Below are positions 49,326-58,194 of a stretch of 64,000 bases of DNA, one piece after another (the stretch's first letter is position 1; each line of letters starts with the position of its first letter). Origin of the DNA: an uncultured Planctomycetia bacterium (GTDB lineage: Bacteria; Omnitrophota; Gorgyraeia; Duberdicusellales; 4484-171); NCBI GenBank assembly GCA_964629655.1, contig CAZVQU010000001.1, forward strand, positions 20,788 through 84,787. Reading direction: 5' to 3'. The notes under the pieces are model-generated. The model saw only the letters and a program-made list of their open reading frames with translations. It was not told the origin of the DNA and searched no databases. The position numbers were made by a program, and so were the translations under genes.

Positions 49326-52300
49326 CTTTTATTGCTCCTTTAAAGTAAGGATATTTTCCCGGTAACATCTTGTAAGTATTGGCTTTTTGATATTGAAGCA
49401 GCCTTGCATGATATAAATCGTCGGTATTTTCTATAATCGCCCGCAGATTCTCGTCCTCCGTATCATTCTGGAAACAAACTCCAGGCAAGATCTCTGCCTT
49501 AGCTACAATTTCTTTTGCCTTACCGTACCAGAATCTAAACGGCAAAATATCATATTCTTGAGTATACTCATTCAAAAAATTCCCGCAGCTGTCCTTAGAT
49601 ACTGTCCAATTTTCATATTGCGAACAAAGCATAATATTCGCTTGGCATATTTCTAAATCAAGCCGTTCATGAATTTCCATACCTACCTGCCAAGAAATTA
49701 AATTTTTACCAACCATTTCGATATGCCAAATCTGAGAAAGAACGATGTGCGGCCAAAAACCCCTTACCGTCAGTTTATTATTTTCTTTCCGTTTTACTTC
49801 CCAAACAGCTTGATAAGAATCATACCAAATTCCTAAAGAGCGTACCGAAGTATATACCCCTAATCCGGAAGTTAGCTCTTCGGCTCCCTTCTTTAAAAAT
49901 ATACCTCCTTTGCCTTGGTTAAAAGCAAATTTCAAACAATTACTGTTTATCTCAACAGCACTACGCTTCCTTGTAAGCTTTCCTATTTTTGCTGTCTTAC
50001 CAACGATTATTTCACCTTCAAAGCAAGTATGTCTACCTAAAGAAATTATTTTCTTTTTTCTAGAAGCAATCGCTCCGGAATAAATACCAATACACTTAGA
50101 ACCTTTCTCTCTTCGTTTATAGATATTAAAAAATCTATTTTCGGAAGGCAATGTGCATCGCAACAATACACGGGGATTACGCTTAGTATCCTTAGATATA
50201 AGGATAATTCCCGGAATTCGATTGTCTTTCAGGCGTATCGGAGCAACATTATTTATATACCTGCTAGTTAAAAGATTTCCCTCCTCTTCCGAAGCCATCC
50301 ATCTTTGGTAACAATCCTTTAGCTCCAGCCTCACCCCTTCGTCAATAAACGATATCGGCCCATCAGATTTAATCTCCACTTTAACCCTTAAGGTATTTTC
50401 ATCGATATACTGGATGTCCCATATTTGGATAACGGAAACCTGAGGATAGGAGAGAGTTAAAATGAGCCGTTTCCCAGATACATTTTCTATTTTCCACTGG
50501 GCGTTAGACAGACCAAATCTCTCCTTGGAATTGTTAAACGAGTAATGCAAACCACAGGCATGAGTTAATTCCTTATTTTTAAAAAAAATCCGTAACGCCA
50601 TTGATTCCTCGTCGGCAAACAGCCGCAGATTCCCGCAAGCGATAGTCCTACTTAAAACGAACAACTCTTGTTCTTCCTGCTGTTTTCGACGGTATTGTTC
50701 CTTTTGTTCGATAAGGTAAGCGGCAATCGGATTTTCTTCTTTCCAGATGCTGATCGGGATTAAAAAAGAACTTTTTCTCTTCATAATATCTTCTTTAGAA
50801 ATACTTAGCTGCAAAGCACGGCACTGCCTCTGTCTATCGCTGTTTTGGATAATGCACTCGTGGCTCTCTCTGTTCTCCAAAATAATTGCCGGAAATTCAG
50901 ATTGCTCTCTTAAACCGCAAAGCTTTGCCTGCGGCTCGATTAACGACATATCCTGCCAACTATTAGAATATTGAGGAAAATTTCCTTGTTGGCAGCCGCA
51001 GAAAAAACTTTTATACGCAGGATTAAAAAGTAAACCGAATTTAAATAGCCTGACCTCAAACGGTTGAGGAAATTGAGAGTCAACCTGCCATAAAAGCTTA
51101 TTGTCACTAAAAGAGATTTCCCATAGTTGTTTGAATTTTAAACAATCCCAAAAGAAAGATAAAATAAGAGTCTCCCCCTTCCTCTTCACCTGCCATTCAC
51201 AGGAAGATAAATCATACCAAACGTTATTAACAAAAAATGAACTATGCAGCCCTGCTTCCTGAGTAATCTCTTTGCCTTTGTAGTAAAGTCTTAAGGCCTT
51301 TTCGTTGATATCAGCAAAAAATTTAACATCTCCCGAATTAATAGTATGTTCAGCGCATAGACGATCCTGTTCTTTTTGCTGCCTTAGAAGAAATTTTTGT
51401 TTAGTCTCCCTGATGCACCCTAAAAACTCACACTCTTTAGGAAATATCTTAATAAAAACAGAGTTTTTAGCCTTTAAAGCTAAATCCCACTGGACAACAC
51501 GAGCTTCTTGTTCATACCCTGCGTTAAATAGTTTAAACAAACCATCCTTAGCTTTTTGTTCCAGAATAAGGCCAGGGTTAGGACGATCTTGATGATGCCA
51601 ATCTCCGGATAGGCCCACCATAGCATCAAAATAGCTGCTTAAACCTAAATCCTGCCAGTTAGACTTAGAAACAAAGGACGGAAAATCACTGCCTTTATCT
51701 AAAGTCTGCCACCTCGCATATTGAGGCATAAAAAACAAATCTACATGTGGCTGCTTTATGCCCTCTCCTCTTACTTCTGTTTGCCATTGTAAACAATTAT
51801 TTTCTAGCTGAAACATCCAGATTTGTGAAAAACTCCCATCATATGATTTTCCTTCAGCAACAATCCTGTCGGCTCCGAAACTCTCTACCTGCCAGAATAG
51901 ATTAAGAGAAGACGACCAACTATTAAGAGAAGGAATAAGAAAAGATACATAACCACCCATTGCCTTAGTGATAGGAAAACCTTTATAGCTAAGAACAACT
52001 TTGCCATTGTTAAATATTACCCTTAATCCTTCTTTCTCTAAAACCGCAATGCCCTTTTTGTCTCCAACGGTTTCTAGATAATACGGGACAACCTTTGTTG
52101 CTAAATCTTCCTGGACAATCCTGCCTTTCTCCAGGAGGATTAACTTATCACATAGCTTGCTTACGATATCCATATCATGGCTGACTAAAATAATGGTTTT
52201 CCCCATTTGCTTCAACTCAAATATCTTCTTAATACACTTCTCCTGCGCTTCCACATCACCTACAGCCAAAATATCGTCAATCAAAAGTATGTCCGGCTCA

Positions 52301-52755
52301 ACGAATATTGCTAAAGCAAAAGCAAGCCGCATGTACATACCCTGAGAATAGTATTTAATAGGTGCATCAATAAACTCACCCAAATCGGCGAACTTTATAA
52401 TATCGCCCATCCTTTGCTTTAGGTCAGTCTCGCTTAAGCCATAGATAGCAGCATTAAGGTTTATATTTTCTATTCCGGTAAACTCAAGGTTAAACCCCGC
52501 TCCCAGTTCCATTAAGGCCGATACTTTGCCTTTAATATGGACTTCCCCTTTATCGGGAATCAGCATTCCGGCTATCAGCTTTAACAAAGTTGTCTTACCG
52601 GCTCCATTTTTGCCAATAATGCCTATAATGTCGCCTTTCTCTACCTTGAAATTGATATTCTCCAGCGCCCAGACCTCTTCCCAGCAAACATTCTTCTGTT
52701 TGATAAACTTTATCCTGTATTTTTCCCAAACACCGTTAAAATTTATTACTTTCAT
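49315..52755 (-). CDS. Wzt/TagH/KpsT-type polysaccharide ABC-transporter ATP-binding protein with a C-terminal extension of about 900 aa carrying four repeats of a W-rich beta-domain
   Basis: 1146 aa: Walker A GKNGAGKTTLLKLIAG, signature YSQGMYMRLAFALA, Walker B LLIDDILAVGD, H-loop SHD. Four repeats follow, each with GLxxS..W.D..WQV/WEV...W...IWxxE and a QQGNFP-like motif. Confidence 0.8.
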   Translation of the reverse strand: MKVINFNGVWEKYRIKFIKQKNVCWEEVWALENINFKVEKGDIIGIIGKNGAGKTTLLKLIAGMLIPDKGEVHIKGKVSALMELGAGFNLEFTGIENINLNAAIYGLSETDLKQRMGDIIKFADLGEFIDAPIKYYSQGMYMRLAFALAIFVEPDILLIDDILAVGDVEAQEKCIKKIFELKQMGKTIILVSHDMDIVSKLCDKLILLEKGRIVQEDLATKVVPYYLETVGDKKGIAVLEKEGLRVIFNNGKVVLSYKGFPITKAMGGYVSFLIPSLNSWSSSLNLFWQVESFGADRIVAEGKSYDGSFSQIWMFQLENNCLQWQTEVRGEGIKQPHVDLFFMPQYARWQTLDKGSDFPSFVSKSNWQDLGLSSYFDAMVGLSGDWHHQDRPNPGLILEQKAKDGLFKLFNAGYEQEARVVQWDLALKAKNSVFIKIFPKECEFLGCIRETKQKFLLRQQKEQDRLCAEHTINSGDVKFFADINEKALRLYYKGKEITQEAGLHSSFFVNNVWYDLSSCEWQVKRKGETLILSFFWDCLKFKQLWEISFSDNKLLWQVDSQFPQPFEVRLFKFGLLFNPAYKSFFCGCQQGNFPQYSNSWQDMSLIEPQAKLCGLREQSEFPAIILENRESHECIIQNSDRQRQCRALQLSISKEDIMKRKSSFLIPISIWKEENPIAAYLIEQKEQYRRKQQEEQELFVLSRTIACGNLRLFADEESMALRIFFKNKELTHACGLHYSFNNSKERFGLSNAQWKIENVSGKRLILTLSYPQVSVIQIWDIQYIDENTLRVKVEIKSDGPISFIDEGVRLELKDCYQRWMASEEEGNLLTSRYINNVAPIRLKDNRIPGIILISKDTKRNPRVLLRCTLPSENRFFNIYKRREKGSKCIGIYSGAIASRKKKIISLGRHTCFEGEIIVGKTAKIGKLTRKRSAVEINSNCLKFAFNQGKGGIFLKKGAEELTSGLGVYTSVRSLGIWYDSYQAVWEVKRKENNKLTVRGFWPHIVLSQIWHIEMVGKNLISWQVGMEIHERLDLEICQANIMLCSQYENWTVSKDSCGNFLNEYTQEYDILPFRFWYGKAKEIVAKAEILPGVCFQNDTEDENLRAIIENTDDLYHARLLQYQKANTYKMLPGKYPYFKGAIKVEF

Positions 52756-53534
52756 AGCTTCTTAAATAATTCCGGTTCCCTCTTTATAAAAAACCAATAT
52801 CCTCCGACAAAAAAAACTACCGAGATTAAGGAGGCTAGGAGCATAAGCTGTAAAGTTGGAACAGATCCTTCATAGAGAATCTGTCGATATAACATGATAT
52901 AGTAAGTTAAGGGATTGAATAGACAGATCCAGCGATAGGGAAATTCTAACATCTGAAGAGAGTAAAATACCGGGGTAACCCAAAACCATAGCATTAAGCC
53001 AACGGATAAAAAATGCATCAAATCGTCAGAAAAGGCATTGAGGGCGGAGAAAATCATCCCTAAGCCCAGAAGAAAAACTAAATGTAAGATAAAAACTAAC
53101 ACAAGAATTGGTAAAACTTTAATCATCTGGGGATTGGCGATGAAGAAAAAAGGTAAAAGAAAAATGATTCCGATTATAAAACTCAAAGAATTCGCAAAAA
53201 CGCAAGACGCCGGAATAAATTCACGCGGGAATATACCTTGTTTTAATATTGCTGAATCGGCAGCAAAAGAGTTAGTTACTTCCATTACAGTATTGGAAAA
53301 AAATAACCAGGGAATAATTCCTGAAAGAACGAATAAAGTGAAATCAGGAATCTCAACCTTAAAAACATGGGTAAAAATAATATCAATGCTAAAAGCCAAA
53401 ATTAAAGGTGTGGCAACCGCCCACCAGAGGCCGAGCATCGCCCCGGAATACTTAGCCTTGAACTTCTTAGCCATCATCCCTTTAAGAATAGCTCTGGCCT
53501 GAAACGCTTTTATTATTCGTCCTTTAACAATCAT
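52752..53534 (-). CDS. ABC-2 type (Wzm/TagG-like) polysaccharide exporter permease
   Basis: 260 aa with 6 predicted TM helices and ABC-2 topology, immediately upstream of the Wzt-like ATPase with a 4-nt overlap. Confidence 0.7.
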   Translation of the reverse strand: MIVKGRIIKAFQARAILKGMMAKKFKAKYSGAMLGLWWAVATPLILAFSIDIIFTHVFKVEIPDFTLFVLSGIIPWLFFSNTVMEVTNSFAADSAILKQGIFPREFIPASCVFANSLSFIIGIIFLLPFFFIANPQMIKVLPILVLVFILHLVFLLGLGMIFSALNAFSDDLMHFLSVGLMLWFWVTPVFYSLQMLEFPYRWICLFNPLTYYIMLYRQILYEGSVPTLQLMLLASLISVVFFVGGYWFFIKREPELFKKL

Positions 53535-54820
53535 AATTTATTCTTAACAATCTTCTCTGCTTCAAGGATAACATCTTCCATTGACAGATAACGCCAGCTA
53601 CCGTACCGGCCGCACGAAATAATACTGTTTCTTGACAAAAAATTTAGTATCTTCCTGCGTACTGAAGTATAATTTTTGTTATAAACAGGATAGCCGTACT
53701 TTATATCGTTTACATTTTCACAACAAATCTCATTTCCATCTTTAATAACTCCGGTAGCAGTTAAGTATTCCCTGATTTGAGCACCAATTTCTCTCCTACG
53801 AAGGGGCCGATCTTTTGAATAGGAAATATCTACATACAACGACCCTCTCTTCCGAGGCACAAGGTGAGAAGAAAAATTATGAAAGAAACCTATTCTAAAA
53901 AAAGGAATATTCTTCTGCGAAAAATAAACCCAATGCCGGCCGGGCTGAATTCTTTTCTTCACTCCCAAATTAACATTGCAAATAGATATCCACCTCAATT
54001 CCTTAAAGTTACTCTTCATGCCTTTAGGTAGCGCTGTGATTATCTTGCCAAGTTCGGGTAAAGGAATAGTAGACACTAACTTGTCAAACTTCTCCTTTCT
54101 CCCGTCTTTAAAAGTCACCGCCTTTTTCTTCAAGTCAATCGCCACTGCCTGAGAGCATAAATGAATGTTGTCCAAGCCTGAGTAGAATCCTTTGATTAAC
54201 CCCTCGATTCCTCCTTTTCTTGGATACCAAAAAGAATTGTTATAGCCTAACGGCTCGCTCTTCTCTCTGTTTAACCTCTCTTTAATTTGCTTGAGAGTAG
54301 GAACAATTATAAACCTTTCTGCCCATTTATGGTTCAACTGGTCTAAAGGAATTTTCCATAATTTGGCATTGTAAGGAATCATAAAATTGCTGGCTATGCC
54401 TTTACCAAACTCATTATGAGTCCATTGCAGAAAATTACTGCTTCTTGAAGCTCGTTTCTTCGCCTCAATAAGCCCCTGCAAACATTGCTTAGCAACTCTT
54501 TTAGGCAGATAGTTAAAATTAACTTGAAATGGGTATGGTATAAATTTTTTAGAAGCATAAACGTAAGCCTTTCTTTTGTGTTTTGTCAAACCGCCGTTTA
54601 AAACTTCCTTTACTAAAGATAATGTATTTCTGTTTCTAAAATGCAAGAGGTGCCCGCTGGAATCAAATGTAAACCCTTGTCTTTCTGTCGAGCGGCACAA
54701 ACCGCCTGGTTTAATTTCTTTCTCGAAAATTTCAGCTTTTACTTTCCTTTCTCTTAAAAAGTATGCTAATGACAGACCTGACAAGCCTGCTCCGATAATT
54801 AAAACTGCTCTTTTTTTCAT
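53531..54820 (-). CDS. FAD-dependent oxidoreductase, UDP-galactopyranose mutase (Glf)-like
   Basis: 429 aa: LIIGAGLSGLSLAY (GxGxxG), EKEIKPGGLCRST, GFTFDSSGHLLHF (compare Glf GG..YT...G...YGAHIFHT). Position next to wzm/wzt mirrors galactofuranose O-antigen loci. Confidence 0.5.
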   Translation of the reverse strand: MKKRAVLIIGAGLSGLSLAYFLRERKVKAEIFEKEIKPGGLCRSTERQGFTFDSSGHLLHFRNRNTLSLVKEVLNGGLTKHKRKAYVYASKKFIPYPFQVNFNYLPKRVAKQCLQGLIEAKKRASRSSNFLQWTHNEFGKGIASNFMIPYNAKLWKIPLDQLNHKWAERFIIVPTLKQIKERLNREKSEPLGYNNSFWYPRKGGIEGLIKGFYSGLDNIHLCSQAVAIDLKKKAVTFKDGRKEKFDKLVSTIPLPELGKIITALPKGMKSNFKELRWISICNVNLGVKKRIQPGRHWVYFSQKNIPFFRIGFFHNFSSHLVPRKRGSLYVDISYSKDRPLRRREIGAQIREYLTATGVIKDGNEICCENVNDIKYGYPVYNKNYTSVRRKILNFLSRNSIISCGRYGSWRYLSMEDVILEAEKIVKNKL

Positions 54821-54932
54821 TATCTAAAAGGTGAATTTGTATAAATTATGCGATTGTGCGCCTTATGCGAACCCTGTTAAAGACCTTTGTTTTCTGGCAG
54901 GGTAAAGGAGCAAAATAAAAAGAATTAAAGCT

Positions 54933-55706
54933 CTAGCAAAGATGGGAGAGAACAATTCTTTTTACCTTATCATAAACAAAAGTATTAGAAGCAATATAGC
55001 CGATATCCTTGTAAGTTAGAAGCTCTCCTTTAAAATTAGTTAATTTTCCTCCAGCTTCCTCTATTATGCATACTCCTCCGGCAAAATCCCAAGGCCGATC
55101 ATGGAACTCTACGACAAAATCAAGCACCCCCTCGGCAAGATAAGACAGATGCCGGGCTGAAGAACCAAGCATTCTTACATTAAAAACCTCACTTGCCAAA
55201 TCTCCTAGAACTTTCAGCATAACCTTAGGCGAATACCTTATACTGGAATCAAAAGCAATCGAACAATCTGCTAGCTTGCTATTAGAAGAAACTTTGATTT
55301 TCTTATTATTTTTGTAGGCCCCTGCGCCCTTTTCACCCACATACAATTCATTTTCCTTAGGCATGTAAATTACTCCGCCAACAAACTTTTCCTTATGGAC
55401 TATACCTATAGAAACTCCAAAAATATCTATATTGCGCATAAAGTTATGTGTTCCATCAAGAGGGTCAATTATCCATAAATACTCTCTATCAGAATCACTG
55501 CTACCGCCTTCTTCAGCAATGATCCCATGATCAGGAAATTTTGTCCTAATCTTATCCAGAATCATCTCTTCAGCTTCCTTGTCAAGATTAGTTGCAAAAT
55601 TTCTGTCTCCCTTCTTTTGAATCTGGCGAACTTTTCCAAAATTATCCAATAAAAAACCACCGGCCTGCTTTGCTGCATCAATTGCTACATTTATGATTTC
55701 ACTCAT
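54933..55706 (-). CDS. Inositol monophosphatase family protein (SuhB/CysQ-like)
   Basis: 257 aa with the WIIDPLDGTHNF motif and AIDAAKQAG N-terminus. Confidence 0.8.
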   Translation of the reverse strand: MSEIINVAIDAAKQAGGFLLDNFGKVRQIQKKGDRNFATNLDKEAEEMILDKIRTKFPDHGIIAEEGGSSDSDREYLWIIDPLDGTHNFMRNIDIFGVSIGIVHKEKFVGGVIYMPKENELYVGEKGAGAYKNNKKIKVSSNSKLADCSIAFDSSIRYSPKVMLKVLGDLASEVFNVRMLGSSARHLSYLAEGVLDFVVEFHDRPWDFAGGVCIIEEAGGKLTNFKGELLTYKDIGYIASNTFVYDKVKRIVLSHLC

Positions 55707-55782
55707 CTCGCTCTCCTGCTAATTAGATTTAGATACTTATTACGATGATTATATCACTAGAAGTTAAAAAAGCGACGCTTTA

Positions 55783-56241
55783 TTACCCTTTGCGGAATCT
55801 TTTTAAGGCTCTCTGGGTCTCTCTTTTAGTTATGTCATCCTTTAACTTCTTCCTTTTATCGAAAGTGTGTTTTCCCCGGGCCAAAGCAATCTCTACCTTA
55901 ACCCGGCCCCGCTCATTAAAATAAACCTTGGTTGGGATAAGGGTGAGGCCCCTCTGAACAGTGAGACCCACCAATTTCCTGATTTCTTTCTTGTGAAGGA
56001 GTAACCTCCTTATTCTATTTGGCTCAGGCCGAAAGAACGAACTCTTCTCGAATTCAGAAATGTGAGCATTGTACAAGAATAGCTCCTCCCGCTCTATCCG
56101 GGCAAAGCTATTATTCAAAACACAACCTCTTGTCCGCAATGACTTAACCTCATTGCCCTTAAGCTCTATACCAGCCTCGTAGGTTTCAAGAATTTGATAA
56201 TCACGCCTGGCCTTTCTGTTTGTAGCTACTATTTTACTCAT
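55783..56241 (-). CDS. smpB: SsrA-binding protein SmpB
   Basis: 152 aa: NRKARRDYQILETYEAGIELKGNEVKSLR aligns with the SmpB consensus. Confidence 0.9.
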   Translation of the reverse strand: MSKIVATNRKARRDYQILETYEAGIELKGNEVKSLRTRGCVLNNSFARIEREELFLYNAHISEFEKSSFFRPEPNRIRRLLLHKKEIRKLVGLTVQRGLTLIPTKVYFNERGRVKVEIALARGKHTFDKRKKLKDDITKRETQRALKRFRKG

Positions 56242-56242
56242 C

Positions 56243-57190
56243 TTAGAAAGTAACTCCTGATACTTTTAAATATAAGCCCAGCCATAGGGGAATAGTAAAT
56301 ATACTTAAGATATGGGTGAAAAATACCCCCTGGGAGACAAACTCAATATCAGCGCCATTTAAATTAGCTACAATCGGTAGCGAGACTGCTGAAGGCATAG
56401 CAGCCTGCAGGATTATGAATAACCCTAGTAATGAAAAAACCTTAAAACTCAACACACCTACAAAGAAAAACAACGGTAAAATTATCAACTTCAAACCTGC
56501 AGCTTCACCTATAAGAAACAATCTCCCAAGAAGCCCTTTTAGCCTCACCTTAGCTAACCAACAACCTAGAATTATTGCTGAAAGCACAAAGCTGGTCTCA
56601 CCAACCATCCTTAAAGGTGAAATGACTAAAGATGGGACCAGCTTAGCAAGCCCGGTGTAAATCAATATAAGGCTTATAGCTGTGCTAGTTATCGGAGGAA
56701 TAAAAAGGCTCTTTAATCGAAATTTTCTCCTATTGCCCCTAAAAATAAAGGAACTTCCTATTGACCACATAATAACATTAAAACCGAGAAGGTATAGAAA
56801 AGTGAAAACAAGGAATTTTTCCCGTATACCCGGAGGAAAGAGGAAAAAAGCGATGTTTATCGGCAAATACCCGCCATTCTGAAAACTTATCATACTAATA
56901 AACTCGCCTCTAAACTCATGGCTTCTCTTGAAAGAAGCAACAAATCCCAAGATATAACCGGATAGAAAAATACCTAAACTTATCGCGACAAACCTCCCCA
57001 AGGAATGCATTAATACTAGGGAAGAGTTTTTAATAAGATTGGAAAATATCAGAAATGGAAAGGCAATATTTATTACAAAAAAAGTCAAAAATTTTAGACT
57101 CCCCTCTCTGATGAAATTCTTCCGGTAAAGACAAAATCCCAAAAAAGCAACCGATGAAAGTTTTATAACCGCTAATGATACTGCTGCCAT
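56243..57190 (-). CDS. AEC (auxin efflux carrier) family membrane transporter
   Basis: 315 aa with about 10 TM helices in an N-terminal pattern (FLGFCLYRKNFI...LKFLTFFVINIAFPFLIFSNL) typical of Mem_trans proteins. Confidence 0.55.
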   Translation of the reverse strand: MAAVSLAVIKLSSVAFLGFCLYRKNFIREGSLKFLTFFVINIAFPFLIFSNLIKNSSLVLMHSLGRFVAISLGIFLSGYILGFVASFKRSHEFRGEFISMISFQNGGYLPINIAFFLFPPGIREKFLVFTFLYLLGFNVIMWSIGSSFIFRGNRRKFRLKSLFIPPITSTAISLILIYTGLAKLVPSLVISPLRMVGETSFVLSAIILGCWLAKVRLKGLLGRLFLIGEAAGLKLIILPLFFFVGVLSFKVFSLLGLFIILQAAMPSAVSLPIVANLNGADIEFVSQGVFFTHILSIFTIPLWLGLYLKVSGVTF

Positions 57191-57204
57191 AACACACCTT
57201 AATA

Positions 57205-57293
57205 AGGAGAGGGCGGGATTTGAACCCGCGTTCCGCCTAAACGGAAACCGGTTTTCGAGACCAGCGCCTTAAACCGGGCTCGGCCACCTCTCC
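57205..57293 (-). tRNA. tRNA-Ser (anticodon CGA), long variable arm
   Basis: Reverse complement GGAGAGGTGGCCGAG...CTGGT-CTCGAAA-ACCGG...GCGGGTTCAAATCCCGCCCTCTCCT: 7-bp acceptor stem, TPsiC loop TTCAAAT, anticodon loop CT-CGA-AA, class II variable arm. Confidence 0.8.
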
Positions 57294-57298
57294 TGGTA

Positions 57299-57382
57299 TG
57301 CCGAAGGAGAGACTTGAACTCTCAAGAGCTTACGCTCACAGCGTCCTGAACGCTGCGTGTCTGCCAATTTCACCACTTCGGC
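57299..57382 (-). tRNA. tRNA-Leu (anticodon CAG), long variable arm
   Basis: Reverse complement GCCGAAGTGGTGAAATTGGCAGACAC-GCAGCG-TTCAGGA-CGCTG...GAGAGTTCAAGTCTCTCCTTCGGCA: acceptor GCCGAAG/CTTCGGC plus A73, anticodon loop TT-CAG-GA. Confidence 0.8.
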
Positions 57383-57413
57383 TTATAAAAATTAATTATA
57401 CCAAAATTTATTG

Positions 57414-58190
57414 CTAATTGATATAGTCATCGACATCTAAGGGAAGCTGCAAAGCCTCTTTAATATGCCTTATTCTCTGGGCTGGATAGGGATGAGTCCT
57501 GAAGTAAGATAAGGGACGTATTGTTTTTTTGCTTTCTTTATAGAGTTTCTCCAAAACCTCTATCCCGGTGGTAGGATCAAACCCGGCAAGCTTGCAATAT
57601 TTAACTGCTAATTCATCAGCATTAAATTCATCCTCCCGGGAATACCCGACTAAAATCTGAATAAGAGCAAAAGAAAGGCCTCTTCGGAACTCCGAAGAAG
57701 TCCCCGAAGTAGCAGAAACCACAGTTAAAAGATTGTACCCCATAGCTGCCTGAAGACGTTTCATATGGTGCCGGCTTACGATATGGCCGGCTTCGTGAGC
57801 AAGGATAAAAGCCAGCTGATCATCACTATCTAAAATATCCAGCAACCCTCTAAATATATACGAATACCCGCCAGGAAGACTAAAAGCATTGACCTGCGAC
57901 TTACCATCTTGGTCTTCCTCGACTATATAAAAGTAATAGCTTAATTCCTTACGGTCTAGGACCGCTACGATTTTATTCGCTATTCGGTTAAGTCTCTGTA
58001 TATCATCAGGACTATTAGAAATCTTGAATTCCTGAGAAATCTTTTTAGCGATATTTCGGCCCATGGTAACTTCGCTCTCGCTGGAATAAAAATAGACATC
58101 TTGCTTGCCAGTACCAACATTATATTCCGTAGTGACACACCCGCTTACTAAAAGAATAAGGAATAAAGGGGAAAACAGAAAACGGTTCAT
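57414..58190 (-). CDS. M48 family zinc metallopeptidase lipoprotein (BepA/YfgC-like, no TPR domain)
   Basis: 258 aa with lipoprotein-like signal LLVSGC and AFILAHEAGHIVSRHH (HExxH). Confidence 0.75.
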   Translation of the reverse strand: MNRFLFSPLFLILLVSGCVTTEYNVGTGKQDVYFYSSESEVTMGRNIAKKISQEFKISNSPDDIQRLNRIANKIVAVLDRKELSYYFYIVEEDQDGKSQVNAFSLPGGYSYIFRGLLDILDSDDQLAFILAHEAGHIVSRHHMKRLQAAMGYNLLTVVSATSGTSSEFRRGLSFALIQILVGYSREDEFNADELAVKYCKLAGFDPTTGIEVLEKLYKESKKTIRPLSYFRTHPYPAQRIRHIKEALQLPLDVDDYIN

Positions 58191-58194
58191 TTAT

